Shown piece by piece: positions 8,357 to 20,400 of a stretch of 64,000 bases of DNA (position 1 is its first letter; the number at the start of each line of letters is the position of its first letter). The stretch is from IMG/VR virus record IMGVR_UViG_3300045988_080644; one strand, written 5' to 3'. Under the pieces are notes generated by a model. That model did not search any database and was not told where the DNA came from. It was given only the letters and a program-made list of their open reading frames with translations. The DNA is from a virus. A program made the translations under genes and the position numbers.

Positions 8357-9390
8357 TGAATATGGAAAGTAATTTTGATGACACAATGTTTGAAGTAGAT
8401 GAATTCGATGAGACCCCTACTCCAAGCAATTTAGAAACAGATCCGAAACCTGAAAAAACAGACAATTAGGAGACTGATTCTACTCCTCCAAGTGAAGGAG
8501 ATTAGGAAGATGATTTAACTACTGAAGTATTAAGACTTAGAGGTATTAGTAATCCGGACAAGATTAAATTTGAAGATGAGAGTGGTGCTGTTACAGAACG
8601 CTCTTGGGATTCTCTAACTAAAGAGGAGTAGATAAATATCTTAGCAGATTAGAGAGAGCATTAGGAGACTAATAATGAGTTAGCAGAAGATGAAATTGAC
8701 CTTATTAATGCTATTAGAAATAGTGGAATGAGTGTTCAAGATTATATGCAAACTATTACTCCATAGATTAATCAGCCATAGGATACAAATTAGTTTGATG
8801 CTATGTCGGATGAAGATTTATATGCTTTCGATATTTTAAATAAAGTTGGTAATGATAACATTACAGATGAAGAACTAGATGCAGCATTAGAAGCTGCTAA
8901 GGCTAATGAAACTTTATTTAAGAAAACAGTTGATGGATTAAGACAACAATATAATAGATTACAAGAAGAACAAAAACAGAACATTGCAAATCAACAATAG
9001 GCTGCTGCTCAGCAGAGATACTAGGCATTTGCTAATGTGGTTAACAATTAGATTGACAACTTTAATAGTTTTGCAGGACAACCTATTCAATTATCCAATC
9101 AAGATAAGGACAATTTGTCTGAATTTATGTTAGCTTTAGATGAAGATGGTTCTAGTGCTTTAGGCAAAGCATTACAAGATCCTAAACTTTTAACTAAAGC
9201 TGCATTTTGGTTACTTAATGAATAGGAATTAATTGCAGAGCTATAGAAGCAACAACAAGATGCATATACTCGTGGTTATAATGCAGGTAAAGGAGATATT
9301 CTTAACAAATCTAAATTCGTATTTAAACCCACAAAGCAAGCTGCGAGTAAAAAGGATGAATCTATTTGGGATTCAGACGATTGGGATTAA
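8356..9390 (+). CDS. scaffolding protein (inferred)
   Basis: TAATG-coupled start. The 344-aa product is very acidic and Gln-rich with a predicted coiled-coil character, and lies immediately upstream of the capsid gene. Track fragment 8803-9000 is in frame, and there are about 13 in-frame TAGs. The function is inferred from position and composition. Confidence 0.55.
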
Positions 9391-9412
9391 TTCTTAAATT
9401 TAATTTTTATTT

Positions 9413-10834
9413 ATGTTAGTAGCAAATTTTGTAACAAACCATGCAACCATGGGAGATACACGAACTTACGAAGATTTGAGTAAGTTTTTAGGTGAAAGAC
9501 CTCACCGACTTGGAGTAGTATCCAGACTCTATCCAGAATTGACAGCTACATTCTTGACAGAGGCACTGCGAAATGTTTATTATGGTGATTCTAAGCCAAG
9601 TAAGTATCAAAGTATCGATTCCACTTACTTTGAGTGGGAGGTGGAAACTAATTATATTAAACGTGTTCCATTTGCAGCTGAACCAGTTGGTGATGGAGCA
9701 AACGGCTCTGAGATTGAAATGATTTTCCCAGAGAATTATTATCGTTTGCATGAAATCTTCAAGATTGAAAGTACTGGTCAATAGTGTTTTGTTGTTTCCG
9801 ATAGTGTTAGAAAGGCAGATAATATGTGGTCAGTAATGGTTCGCTTGCTCGATGATGATTATTCTTCTGTACTTGATACTGATGGTACACATATTGGTGA
9901 TTACACTTATTTTATTGGTAATGCTAAACCAGAATTGCATGAGACTGGTTGGGTTAAGTATCAAAGTAATGTAGAAAAGATGCGTAATTATATGAGTACT
10001 ATTCGTGTATAGGATACATATAGTGCTAAATATGCATTGATGGAAGATACATTTATCAAGATTGGTAAAGGAGAGAACCAGGGATGCCTTACTGAAAAGA
10101 TTTACAAGCTGGATCCTATGAAGAAGAATCTTATCGAGAACTTCTTGTATGCAAGAGAGAATATGATTTTGCTTGCTAAGGGTACTGTAGGTGTTGATGG
10201 TAAGACTACATTAGCTGATAAAGCTACAGGAAGACCTATCTTCATTGGTGATGGTGCTATCCCTCAAATTGAAAGATTTGCAAGTAAGTATTCTGCAAAT
10301 AGAATTACAATAGGTACATTCCATACAGTAATTTCTGATATGGTATCAAAAGCAGATAAGCCAACAGGTAATCATTTCTGCTTTATGTGTAATGAAAAAG
10401 CTTGGGCTATTGTACAAAGAGTACTTGGTGAGTATCTTTCTACTAGAAAGACTGATGGAGCTTATCTCTGGTCTAAGCAAGGTGAAGGAAAGTATATTAA
10501 AGTAGGTGCTACATTCGATGCATATGAGTGGGGAGGCAATACTATCAGTTTTAAGGTTGATAGAACATTGTCTAGAGAGTACCAAGACCCATATTTCTTG
10601 TGTATTGATTTGACAACTGGTAAGACATCTACACAACCTCCTATTCAAATGTTCTCATTGAAGGGTAAAGACTACATTTTCAACGAAGTTCTCGGTGTAG
10701 GTGGTCGCTCAGGAGGTGAAAGTGGTGTTGTAAGTTCACCTGTAGCCGGTGGTCTTATGACAATTTGGGGATATGCAGGCATCGCTGTATTTAACCCTTA
10801 TAAATCATTTATCCTTAAAGCTAAGGAATATTGA
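9413..10834 (+). CDS. major capsid protein (inferred, HK97-fold class)
   Basis: Track fragments 9413-9784, 9824-10012 and 10037-10834 share frame 2 and are separated only by TAG 9782-9784 and TAG 10010-10012; the gene ends at TGA 10832-10834. It is 473 aa, locally higher in GC, has very few TAGs, follows the scaffold gene and is followed by a hairpin. Confidence 0.7.
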
Positions 10835-10879
10835 TTTAATTAATAGATTTAAAAAGATTATCTAATAATATTAAGATAT

Positions 10880-10905
10880 GGTAGGAGACGAGGTGCTCTC
10901 CTACC
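10880..10905 (+). terminator. stem-loop after capsid gene (attenuator/terminator-like)
   Basis: Perfect 9-bp stem GGTAGGAGA / TCTCCTACC with an 8-nt loop. The downstream T-run is weak (TATTCAT), so termination may be partial. Confidence 0.4.
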
Positions 10906-10930
10906 TATTCATAGAAATTTATAATGAATT

Positions 10931-11815
10931 ATGGCAAAGAAAGTTAATGATGTAAAGGACGGTGACTTAAAGAGTAATGTTGTTGTTCTTAGAAGTGTTT
11001 ATGGTAAAGTTGGATAGAAATATTTTATTCAGCCACAAAGAAATCCTAAAACTGGACGTTTTCCAGAGTGTGTAAAGTAGGTAAATTCATATGGAGATAT
11101 TATCCTTACAGAAGATGAAAGAAATAGAGAAGCGCTAGGTTTAGCACATTTTATTCCAGTAACTGAAGTATTTACTATTACTGATGGCAAGTCCTTTGAT
11201 TTGGATGATATTTATCAAGCTGCTGAATGGGAAGCAATTAAAAACTGCGATCTTATTGCTGTAGATAGATATGCTAAGAATGATAAGGGTGATTATTTAA
11301 TTGATGGTACTGTAGACAAACATTCTACAAGACCTCGTTATGGTGCTGCTGAGTTATATGTTGATAGACCTGGTCTTGATGCATCTCGTAGAGTTACTAG
11401 AAAGAAACTTATTCATCAGGCTATTAACTTCATTCTCGATGATGAAAGAGGTTATGACGGCAGATTGCTTGTGGCTAGAGTATTGGGTAGAAATATGAAG
11501 AATCAACCTAATGCAGATGTTGAGGATTATTTAATTTCTATTGCAGAAAAGACTCCAGAGAAGATTATTAATTGTTACACCGGAGGAGATATGCAATTCC
11601 GTATGTTATTTATTGAAGCCCGTGAACATGGAGTAATTAGAAAGAAACAAGGTCTTTATGTTTTCGGAGATGATGGAAAATGCATCTTGGGAGCAACAGA
11701 TGATGCTGCTATTGAATGGATGCAAAGTCCTAAAAATAGTAAAGTCATGGCTATGATTCGTAAAGATACTTATCCTGAAATGTTCGTAGATGAAGAACTC
11801 TCAGATAAGAAATAA
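10931..11815 (+). CDS. conserved-looking structural protein (294 aa), function unknown
   Basis: ATG 10931 is in frame with track fragment 11201-11815. There are two in-frame TAGs, and the gene ends in a double stop, TAA-TAA. Confidence 0.7.
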
Positions 11816-11837
11816 TAAACAAAATTAATCGTTTTAA

Positions 11838-12029
11838 ATGACAGCTAGGTAGAATTAAAATTAATTTATTATAAAATATATTGTATATAGAACTACTTGT
11901 TTAATAAACAATAAAATTTATGTTGGAGTACATCATACAGATGATCCTAATATATTTGATGGCTATTTAGGTAGAGGTTTATGGAAAAATCATACTCGGT
12001 ATATAAAAAATCCAACTCCAACAATATAA
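11838..12029 (+). pseudogene. decayed GIY-YIG homing endonuclease remnant
   Basis: Frame 0 reads ATG 11838 MTARQN, then TAA, N, TAA, then FIIKYIVYRTTCLINNKIYVGVHHTDDPNIFDGYLGRGLWKNH... and stops at TAA 12027-12029. YIVY-x10-KIYVG matches the GIY-YIG signature (compare I-TevI GIYQIKNTLNNKVYVGS). Only about 55 codons remain, far short of a functional enzyme. Confidence 0.7.
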
Positions 12030-12290
12030 ATTAATACTGCCCACTTATCTAGTAATAGGTAAGCAGTAGGGAGCAAAAACGGTGGAGGCTGTGACGCTAA
12101 TACCGTGGTAAATTATTTAATAATATAAATAATCACCGTAACGCATAGGAATTGAACCTAAATAATAGAATATAATATTCCCAAGAGTGTTCCCCTTCCT
12201 AAGAGATTAGGAAGAATATGTATGCTGGACTAAAACAAATAAGAAGTTTTAGAGCTATAGGATAAAAAGCCTATAGGGTAACAACACGAG
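11847..12290 (+). mobile_element. putative group I-like intron (or free-standing dead HEG plus structured leader); boundaries provisional
   Basis: This is the only long non-coding gap in the window apart from the intron at 2946. It holds the HEG remnant plus a GC-richer ~260-nt tail with perfect hairpins (12195-12214, 12255-12276) and a 12079-12085/12133-12139 pairing. The downstream ORF lacks an ATG. A candidate P1 pairs ACAGCU (11841-11846) with GGCUGU (12087-12092), giving a U-G wobble. G12290 precedes the exon, and the spliced frame is preserved (MTA-IFEATL...). I could not identify a canonical P7. Confidence 0.4.
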
Positions 12291-13433
12291 ATATTTGAAG
12301 CAACTTTAATAGAATTGAGTAAGATTCAAGCTCCAGCTCTTAAACTGTACGAATTTAATTACCTTTTTAATAAGGCGATTAATTAGTATATTAATAAAGT
12401 ATATAATGTATATGATACTAATCAGCAGACTACTGATGATTTAAGAGTCTTAAAATCTACGGCTTATTTAAAACCTCATAAGTATGGTGTGACTAGTTCT
12501 AACAAGACTAAGCCATACAATAACTATACTGGAGGAGGTACTAATCCCACATATGATGGACAGAGTCCTTCTGCAGATATATAGTATGCAACTGCCAGTT
12601 CTTATTTAAGTGCAGCCCATTCTTAGATTCAATCTTTGAATGGTGCTACTTATGAGGTATTTATGCCCATTGATTATTTACATATGCTTAACTGTGTATG
12701 TATCTATTATGTTGCAAAACAAAAAGATTGTTGGGATGCAGGTTCATATATTCAAATTCCTGCAACTCGACTTACTGCGGATTCTTGGAGTTAGATTGTA
12801 ACTGATATTTACAATAGACCATCTCCAATGCGTCCGTATTATTATATACATAATCAGGCTTCTAGTATCACTATTCCAACTGACCCAGTTACTGCCGGAA
12901 CAGTAGGAGAATCTAATCCATCTGGTTATACTGGCACTGATATGCCTATAGGTGGTTATAAAGTAACTAGTGATAATGGAGCCGTTGCTACTAATACATC
13001 AGATGATTCCGGAGCTGGTTCTAACTTCTAGAGAACCTTTAAACTTAAAAATGGAGAAGTTTCAAAAGATATTTCTTTAGTAGAGAAACCAACTGCGGTA
13101 AGAGTTGCAAATCCAAGCAATGTTCGTTGCGAAATCCGCTATGGTAAAGACGATTCTCTCTTCTAGTTAGTAGAAGTGCAAATTGATTATGTAAAGAGTC
13201 CTCAATTTATTCGTTTGACACAAGAATAGATTGATTTAACAGAAGATACTTCTCAAATTATGGAGTTTCCAGATTATGTAAACCAAGAGATTATAAATGA
13301 GTTGGTACACTTAGTTATGGAGCATTCAAATGATCCAAGACTGGCAAATAATATTTAGATGACTAATACTATTGCCCGACCAACTGGACAGTAGTAGGCT
13401 GCACCTCAATAGTAGGCAGCTCAACAGTAGTAA
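12291..13433 (+). CDS. structural protein (about 380 aa) with Gln/Ala-rich C-terminal tail; N-terminus uncertain
   Basis: Frame 0 opens at 12282 after a TAA, and the first in-frame ATG is more than 100 codons in. The N-terminus is either exon 2 of a split gene or starts at TTG 12315. Track fragment 12828-13031 is in frame. The gene ends ...CAG TAG TAG GCT GCA CCT CAA TAG TAG GCA GCT CAA CAG TAG TAA (13389-13433). Confidence 0.65.
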
Positions 13434-13456
13434 TTTTAATTAAATTATAACTAATT

Positions 13457-14467
13457 ATGGCAGGTTTAAATTTTTAGACACAAACTATTATTAATAGTAA
13501 TCTGGATCCGGATTCAGGTAAAGGAGTAGTTCTCTTTGAAGGTAAGAAAGAGAAAGTTGATGGAGTTTAGAAGGATGTTCTCAAGATTAAGAGAGATTTT
13601 CTCTTTGTAAAAGATAATGTTGATTGTATTCGTAGACGTAAGGGATATTCAGCAGAGTTGTGTGAAGCAACAATTGACTTCACTAAGTTAACTTCTGTTG
13701 TACCTACAGACCATGCAGTTAATTATTTAAGACTTGATATTTATTTAGGAGTAGAAGGTGCTGAACCTTATATTTATTCAACTCCTTGGCATCATAAGGG
13801 CAAACCTTTCTGGGTAGAATTTATTGCTAAGAAGGATGATACTGCTAAGGCTCTTGCAGACAGACTTGAGAAGACAATTAAGTCTAATCATATGTTCCAA
13901 GTAGATAAAGACCTTATTAAGGTAGCCAATGATGGTGCAGGTAAGATTACTCTTACAGGTGCTACAGAATATCAGAGATTCAGAAAGATAACTATCAATA
14001 TCTTTGAAGAAGCAGCTGATTATGATGATGAAGTAGCAGCAATGAACCCTAATAAGGTACAAGCTACTGACCCTATAGCATTAGTTAAGTTTGGTAAGAA
14101 TGCATTTGGTACCTACTCTCAAATTATTAAGGATTTAAGACTTCCTACTGCTGCAAATTATCAATGGTCTGCTATCCGTCAAGTAGAAACTCCTATTGTA
14201 GGTGCTACATATAATCAGTATATCATTGAATATCATGCCCCTGCTAACAGTCATCCATTGAGCGTTGTTGGTGGACGCCTTGACTCTTATACAACTCATG
14301 TATTCTGGGTTAAGAATGATGCTGACTTAGTTAGCGCTTGGGAAACTGCTTTGAAAAAAGTTGGCACTATTATAGATTCGGATACTAATGCAGAAGTCTC
14401 TAATCCTGGTTCTGAATCTCATACAGAGTCAGAATTAACTAAAGGAGTAAAGACTGTTAAGGGTTAA
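13457..14467 (+). CDS. abundant-looking structural protein (336 aa), function unknown
   Basis: ATG 13457 is in frame with track fragment 13658-14467. It has only two TAGs and ends at TAA, which overlaps the next ATG. Confidence 0.7.
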
Positions 14468-14898
14468 TGGAACAAGTGTTGCTTGAATGGATTTTACCAA
14501 TAATAGGTAGTGGCGGTCTGGGTGCCGCCATTACTTATATTTTTACTTTTAATAGTAAAAAGAAACAAGCAGATGCTGAAGCCGAACAAAGTTTAGTAGA
14601 AGTACAACATAAAAAAGAAGATTTAAAACAGGATTAGTATGATTTTCTGTAGAAGACTTGTGACAAGTATATCAAAGACTATCATGAATTAGAGAGTGAT
14701 TTTAGAAAACAGCTACAAGGATTAAGAGGAGAAATTGATAAAGTTTCTTTTGAAAAATCTAAAGCTATTGCAGATAAATGTACAGAAATTGCAGAACTAA
14801 AATCGAAAGTTACTTATTTAAAGGGTATACGTTGTTATAATTTTACATGTTAGCATAGAATTAAATAGAATCCTGAGGAAAATAAATCTAAATAGTAA
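14467..14898 (+). CDS. N-terminally membrane-anchored coiled-coil protein (143 aa)
   Basis: TAATG-coupled ATG 14467. The N-terminus LLEWILPIIGSGGLGAAITYIFTF is followed by a heptad-like charged region. The gene ends TAG-TAA (14893-14898). Confidence 0.6.
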
Positions 14899-14904
14899 GT
14901 ATAA

Positions 14905-15603
14905 ATGTACATAGAGAAATTAGCTAGTTAGATACGAAATGATGTAGTATCGGGTTTAAGAGGTTATCACTAGAATTTATCTATGAATATAGACTAGCTC
15001 TAGGATGAAATAGTAGCTTGTCGATTATCAATAATAAATGAATTACATTCTAAAGGAATTGCTCCTATAGACGATTTATTAATGGCTATTAATTGTGTAG
15101 ATGTTGATTGTGAATCTTTAGAGAGATGCTCTTGTGGTAAAAAGAGTGATGGCGACACCATTACAGCACATTTTCAAATACCACAACTTGTCACAACATA
15201 CGGAACTTAGGCTATTAAGTATTTAGGAGCTACTGATAGATAGAATAAATTTACTATTGTCACATCATTGTCTGAATTACAAACTATAAAATATAGAAGA
15301 AGGAGATTAACTAAACCTTATGTATGGATTGACTTCGCTCCTAATGCAAATGGAATGTTAGATTGTTTTTTATTTAATGCTCCTTTTGTAAGGCAAGTGT
15401 CTATAGTTGCAGTATTTAAAGATCCAAGACAACTAAGTAAATATAAGTGTTGCAATTTAGACGATTTAAATGGACCTGATGTAAATAATAGTTTTATTGA
15501 TTAGTTAATTAAAGACAAATTAACTAAAGAGAAACTATATTATTATAGACAAGCAGCTGCTCCTAAATTACCTAATGACTAGCAATATACTTCTGGTAAC
15601 TAA
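14905..15603 (+). CDS. hypothetical structural protein (232 aa)
   Basis: ATG 14905 is in frame with track fragment 15268-15504. Only TAG interrupts, and the gene ends at TAA 15601-15603. Confidence 0.65.
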
Positions 15604-15614
15604 TTAAATACAAT

Positions 15615-16298
15615 ATGAATTTTAACTATGCAATAAGTCAAGCTAAAACAGAATATGATGTAACAGGCGATTTAGAAGATTTACAAGAAATTGGTTTAAT
15701 TGCTTACGATAAAATAGGAAATAAAAATACTATACTTAAATAGGTACAGTTAAAAGTAGATTGCTCTAATGGGTCTATTTAGTTACCATGTGATGTTTCT
15801 ATAATAGAAGCAGTTACTTATTGTGGTGAAGATTATAATTATACTAGTAATGTAAAGTAGGATGGGGATCCTTACTCTGCAAATGTAGAGAATTATATAG
15901 AATCCAGAAAAGCATTTACCAATCCTTATTATATAAGTGGTAAGTTTGTTAAATATAAAAGAGTAGGTAATACCTTATATGTAAATAAAGGTTTGGATAC
16001 AGTAAATTTACTATATCATGCTAATATTTTAGACGAAGATGGATTACCTGATATAAATGATAAAGAAGCAAGTGCTATAGCAGCTTATATAGCCTATACT
16101 ATTAAACAAAAAGAGGCTTTTAAAACTCATAACTAGGTAATTATGTAGGAAGCCCAATTCTTACGTAAAAGATGGTTATTTCTATTAGATGCTGCTAGAG
16201 TACCTGACTATATTTCACAAAATGAAATGAATGATATACTAGATGCCAAATATTCTTGGGACAGAAAGGTATATAATAAATCATATAAACCAATGTAA
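15615..16298 (+). CDS. hypothetical structural protein (227 aa)
   Basis: ATG 15615 to TAA 16296-16298, read in frame 0 with only TAG interruptions. Confidence 0.65.
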
Positions 16299-16301
16299 TG
16301 A

Positions 16302-16335
16302 ATAGGGAGGCAATTTTGCTTCCCTATTTTTGTTT
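16302..16335 (+). terminator. intrinsic terminator
   Basis: ATAGGGAGGC / GCTTCCCTAT form a 10-bp stem (one G-U pair) with loop AATTTT, followed by TTTTGTTT. The sequence resembles the terminator at 5948-5990. Confidence 0.7.
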
Positions 16336-16356
16336 CCAATAACTAAATAAATATAA

Positions 16357-16803
16357 ATGAGTAACTTTGCAATGGGGCATTCTTTTACATGCCACGACAT
16401 ATTTATGAATTTTCCGGTTAGAAAGCTTAAAATGACTCCTGAATAGTGTAAAGAAGTCTATTCCGATGGGAGTAAAAGAGATTTAGCAGCTTCTATTTGG
16501 ATGAGTAGTGTAAGATTAATTATTGATGATATTATTGAGAATAATACATAGTTTAAATTACCTGGAATGGGTAGAACACAATCTTACATATAGATGAAAA
16601 GAACAGAAGGAGATGATTTTAAAAAAGCTTTTAGACGAGGTAAATGGCGTGATGTTGATTTCATTGTATCTAATTTCTGTGGTTATTAGTTATAGTTTGT
16701 AATGGAAAGTAAAAAAAGAACAAGAAGAGAAAAACCCATTTACTTAGCTACTAGAGATAAAGATAAAATAACTGAATACACTAATTAGGGTAAATAGTAT
16801 TGA
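16357..16803 (+). CDS. hypothetical protein (148 aa), weak HU/IHF-like resemblance
   Basis: ATG 16357 to TGA 16801-16803, interrupted only by TAG. The segment ...VRLIIDDIIENNTQFKLPGMG... loosely resembles the HU/IHF arm region. Only the CDS call is confident. Confidence 0.55.
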
Positions 16804-16844
16804 AATAGAAAACAATTTAGGACTATTATGAATAGATATTTGAA

Positions 16845-17408
16845 ATGTACCCAACTATAGCACAATCTGATATAAAAAGAATACTCTAGTATGGTTGGAA
16901 AGCCTTTTATTTACATAATAGTTACGGCGGAGATGTGCTTGTTAATTAGGGTAAGTTATGGTTTTATTCAGGATATTTGATGAAAAATTCATTACGTTGG
17001 TTTGAATATTATTAGCATAAAATGAGAACTAAGTTAAGAGTGATGTATAAGCGTAAGAAAATCAAATGGGATGGATATTACTATTTTGCTCTAACTAGAC
17101 CACAATATGAAGCTTATTTAGCTTAGAAACACACTGGTAGAGGAAGACCCAAAAAGAATTTTATATTTGAAAAAGTTATGTTTTTCAAAATATATGATGA
17201 ATGTAACATTATGTAGAGTGGGCATGTAGCTATATTTAAATTTCCATATTCTTGGGACAGAGGTTTTTCTTTCTATCAAGCAAAACTAAAAACAGATAAA
17301 GCTGAATTAATATTACTTAGAGAACCCTTAAAGTTCAAAGATATATTATTATCAGAATATAATTATGAATTTATAATAGATGAACAACGTAAATATAAAA
17401 AGAAATAA
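16845..17408 (+). CDS. hypothetical basic protein (187 aa)
   Basis: ATG 16845 to TAA 17406-17408, read codon by codon with only TAG interruptions. Confidence 0.6.
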
Positions 17409-17411
17409 TTT

Positions 17412-20400
17412 ATGGCAGGTAATACTATAATGACTGCAAAATCAACTTTTGGAGATGGACTTCTCATGGATTTCGCACCTGATAATACTCAGGCTACTTG
17501 TCTTACTCATGCCCTTAATGCAACCTTATTAACTATGAATGGTAATGAATTATCATTATAGAATGATATGGGTAATGGTAGAGTAGAGACAGCTTATTTA
17601 CCTGAGGGTTATATTCCAGTAGGTACTTGTGAATTTGGTGATATTATTTACATTGTATCTTACAATCCAATAACTAATAAGTCTCAAATAGGATGTTTTC
17701 CATCTCCTGAGAGAAATATTAGTAGTGAGGAATTAAGTGGTATTAAAACACAATTTAACTTAGAAGAATTTACTAAATCAACTGACTTTGGTTTTAGAGA
17801 AACTATAAGTAATTCTGTTAAAAAAGTTATTTATGACAATAGTTTAAACCCAGGAGATAAATTTATCGTACACTCTGGGGATATACATGATAATATATCT
17901 AGAATATCAGATTATGGAAATAAATCACATATTGTAGGAGCTTTTCCTAAACAATTTAAAATAAATGTAGTAGCTATTGAAGATTCTGGTAAAATTAATT
18001 ATTTAAATAATGATTTAAAATGGTATGATGATTTTTATATAAATTAGGAATCTACTAATAACTCTAATAAACCTGATATAGATAGTTATAGAAACTTATT
18101 AAGTTCAGGATATTCTGTATTCCAATCTAAAGTTTCAGGTAAGCTAGCTATTTTAATAGAATTAGAAAGAATATAGAATTTTAGTAGTACTTATGAAGTT
18201 TTAAAGAGTTCTGCTAAATAGACTGACTCTATTGAACCTACAAACGTTAACTTTCAATAGTACGATATATATGTCAATTTCAATTGGCAAACTAATAATC
18301 TTGATGTAAATCCGAAAAGTATAGTTATATACGATTTTAAATGGGCTAGTAACTCAGGAGATGCTAATAAAGCTGGATAGTATTATGTTACTGGAGATGA
18401 AGTAGTTAATGTTGCTCCACTTCCTGAAATTCCTACAACTGATGAAACTAAAAAATATATAGAATTAGAAATAACAGGACAAGCTAATACTGATGATTAT
18501 GATAAGTTCTTAAATAGTAACTATCAGACACAATCTGATCAATATAAAGGACATACTAAGATTACACAGTAGATAGAAAATGGCATTCCTGAAGAAGGTA
18601 AATACTACTTAGATTTACACCATATTGTAGAAGGAAAGTATTATAATAATAAAGGAGGATCAGCAGATCCTGTAGAAGTATAGGATTGTATAGTAAATAA
18701 TTATTTTAAATCTTCTATAACTAAAGAAGGATTTACAATAAATATTCCTGATACTGATAGTAAAGGTAACAAGATAGATAAGAGGGATTTAATATTATCC
18801 TTTAAAGTAGCCCCTATGATGGAATATGGAGTTCTCTCTGATTTAGTGCTAACACATTACATAGATTTTAGTAAGATAGGAAGTGGTGAAATTAATCTAG
18901 AAGGCTATAGGTATTATATAGGAGAAAATTTATGTACTTTACAAATAGATAGTTCTATATATCCAGAAGATAATAAAGGAGTAGCTGAAATAGAAGTATA
19001 GTTCTACGATAATCAAGGATTATGTGCTAAATATTTTATTAATAATTTAGTTTCTTATTCAGGTATTATAACAGAATATATACCATTAAATGGTAATTCT
19101 TCAAATTATAAATTATCTAAATAGAATGGCAAAAAATTAATACCTCATGCAGGTCAAATGTTTACCGACGGTACTATACCTAAGAATGTCGATACTACTT
19201 TATCTTATGTTTATTTAAATACAGAAATAGGAAAAGATGCTAAATTGAAACCTATAGAAGTTACTTATGATAAGGAACGAAATATATTTTATAAGGTAGA
19301 TGATCCAAATAAATAGGAAGTAACTATTAGTCCCACTTCTCCAATATTCTATAATGATGCAGGTACTTTATATAGTAATATGTTATATGCTGTTAAGATA
19401 ATATATAAATATACAAGTAAAAATGTTTTAGGGGAGTATAATACCGAAGATAGTAAGGGATTTAAGTTTGAATGGAGATGGTTATGGACTAACACTATGT
19501 TTAATTAGTATTACTATAATGTAAAAGACTTTAAAGACAACCAATTTGAATTAACTTTAGACATAGGAGCCCAGTATTACGCTAATTTTAAAACAAAGGA
19601 CATTACTGGTTATGAGGGACCTCAAAATGATACTTCTGATGTTTTTAAGGGATTGGGTTTAAATTTAAGTTATATAAATAATGGAGAAATATAGTATACA
19701 GTAGACCTTGGATTACAAAATACATATAATTCATTCAGTTTAAAAGAGGATTCTAGTGACGCTGGAATACTTAACACTCCGATTAATATATATTCGGGAA
19801 ATTCATATATATAGATTCAAGAGGATACCCAGAATAATGAATATTTAAAATAGTCTAGTGATAATACAGCTCCTAAAAATATTGATAAAAAGTATGAATG
19901 GATCATAAAAAGATAGAACAACGATTAGTCAGGTGTTGCCAATCCATGGGAATCTAAAGAAGCTTATAAAAATTACAAACCTTTATTTACTAGTACATTA
20001 AATGCAGAGGAAGCTTTAGATGTAATAGAATATGTGGGTAATGATTTAAAATCTTATAATTCTTCTCTAGGTGTAAAAAGTACTCTAGCAAAATTACGTA
20101 ATAAATAGTCTTTAAAAATTAATCTGGTTAATCCAACTCTATATATTAAAACATATATTAATTAGACCACTGCCCATAAAGAAATGATTAATTTGATACA
20201 AAAAGGATATGAAGAATATGGTTTAACTTTAGAAGGGAACTCTTTTGGTTTTAATTACGTATATTCATTATGGGCTAACAGAAGTGGTGATGATGGTAAG
20301 GATAAGCAAAGATATATAGTAAAGTGGAATCAAAGTAAAACTTTAAATGATATTAATGAACATGTAGGAGATTTAGATTATTTTAAGATAGACGATGCTA

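Noticed and set aside
12131-12230. A tRNA (possibly the missing suppressor) on the minus strand. The reverse complement of 12146-12160 reads TAGG-TTCAATT-CCTA, a T-arm-like hairpin, with a GCATA/TATGC acceptor-like pairing (12143-12147 with 12221-12225).
   Set aside because: No cloverleaf can be completed. The acceptor and T stems would share nucleotides. The only anticodon-arm candidate (12195-12214) has a 7-bp stem and a 6-nt loop without a CUA anticodon in the loop, and there is no D-arm. The structure is more consistent with intron or leader RNA.
10931-13433. The 10931 gene and the 12291 ORF might be two exons of one gene, with the 5' splice site near 11800-11815. This would parallel the TGA-TAA that follows the first intron's 5' splice site.
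   Set aside because: The frame-compatible U positions (11801, 11806) have no complementary guide sequence with a G opposite the U anywhere in 11816-12290. The short-exon model from ATG 11838 does have one. This is not fully excluded without transcript data.
16357-17408. Calling the two small basic proteins IHF/HU homologues, as annotated in crAss-like capsid modules.
   Set aside because: The resemblance is limited to a short ...F-K-L-P-G-x-G... stretch in the first protein, and there is none I can defend in the second. They are left as hypothetical with a note.
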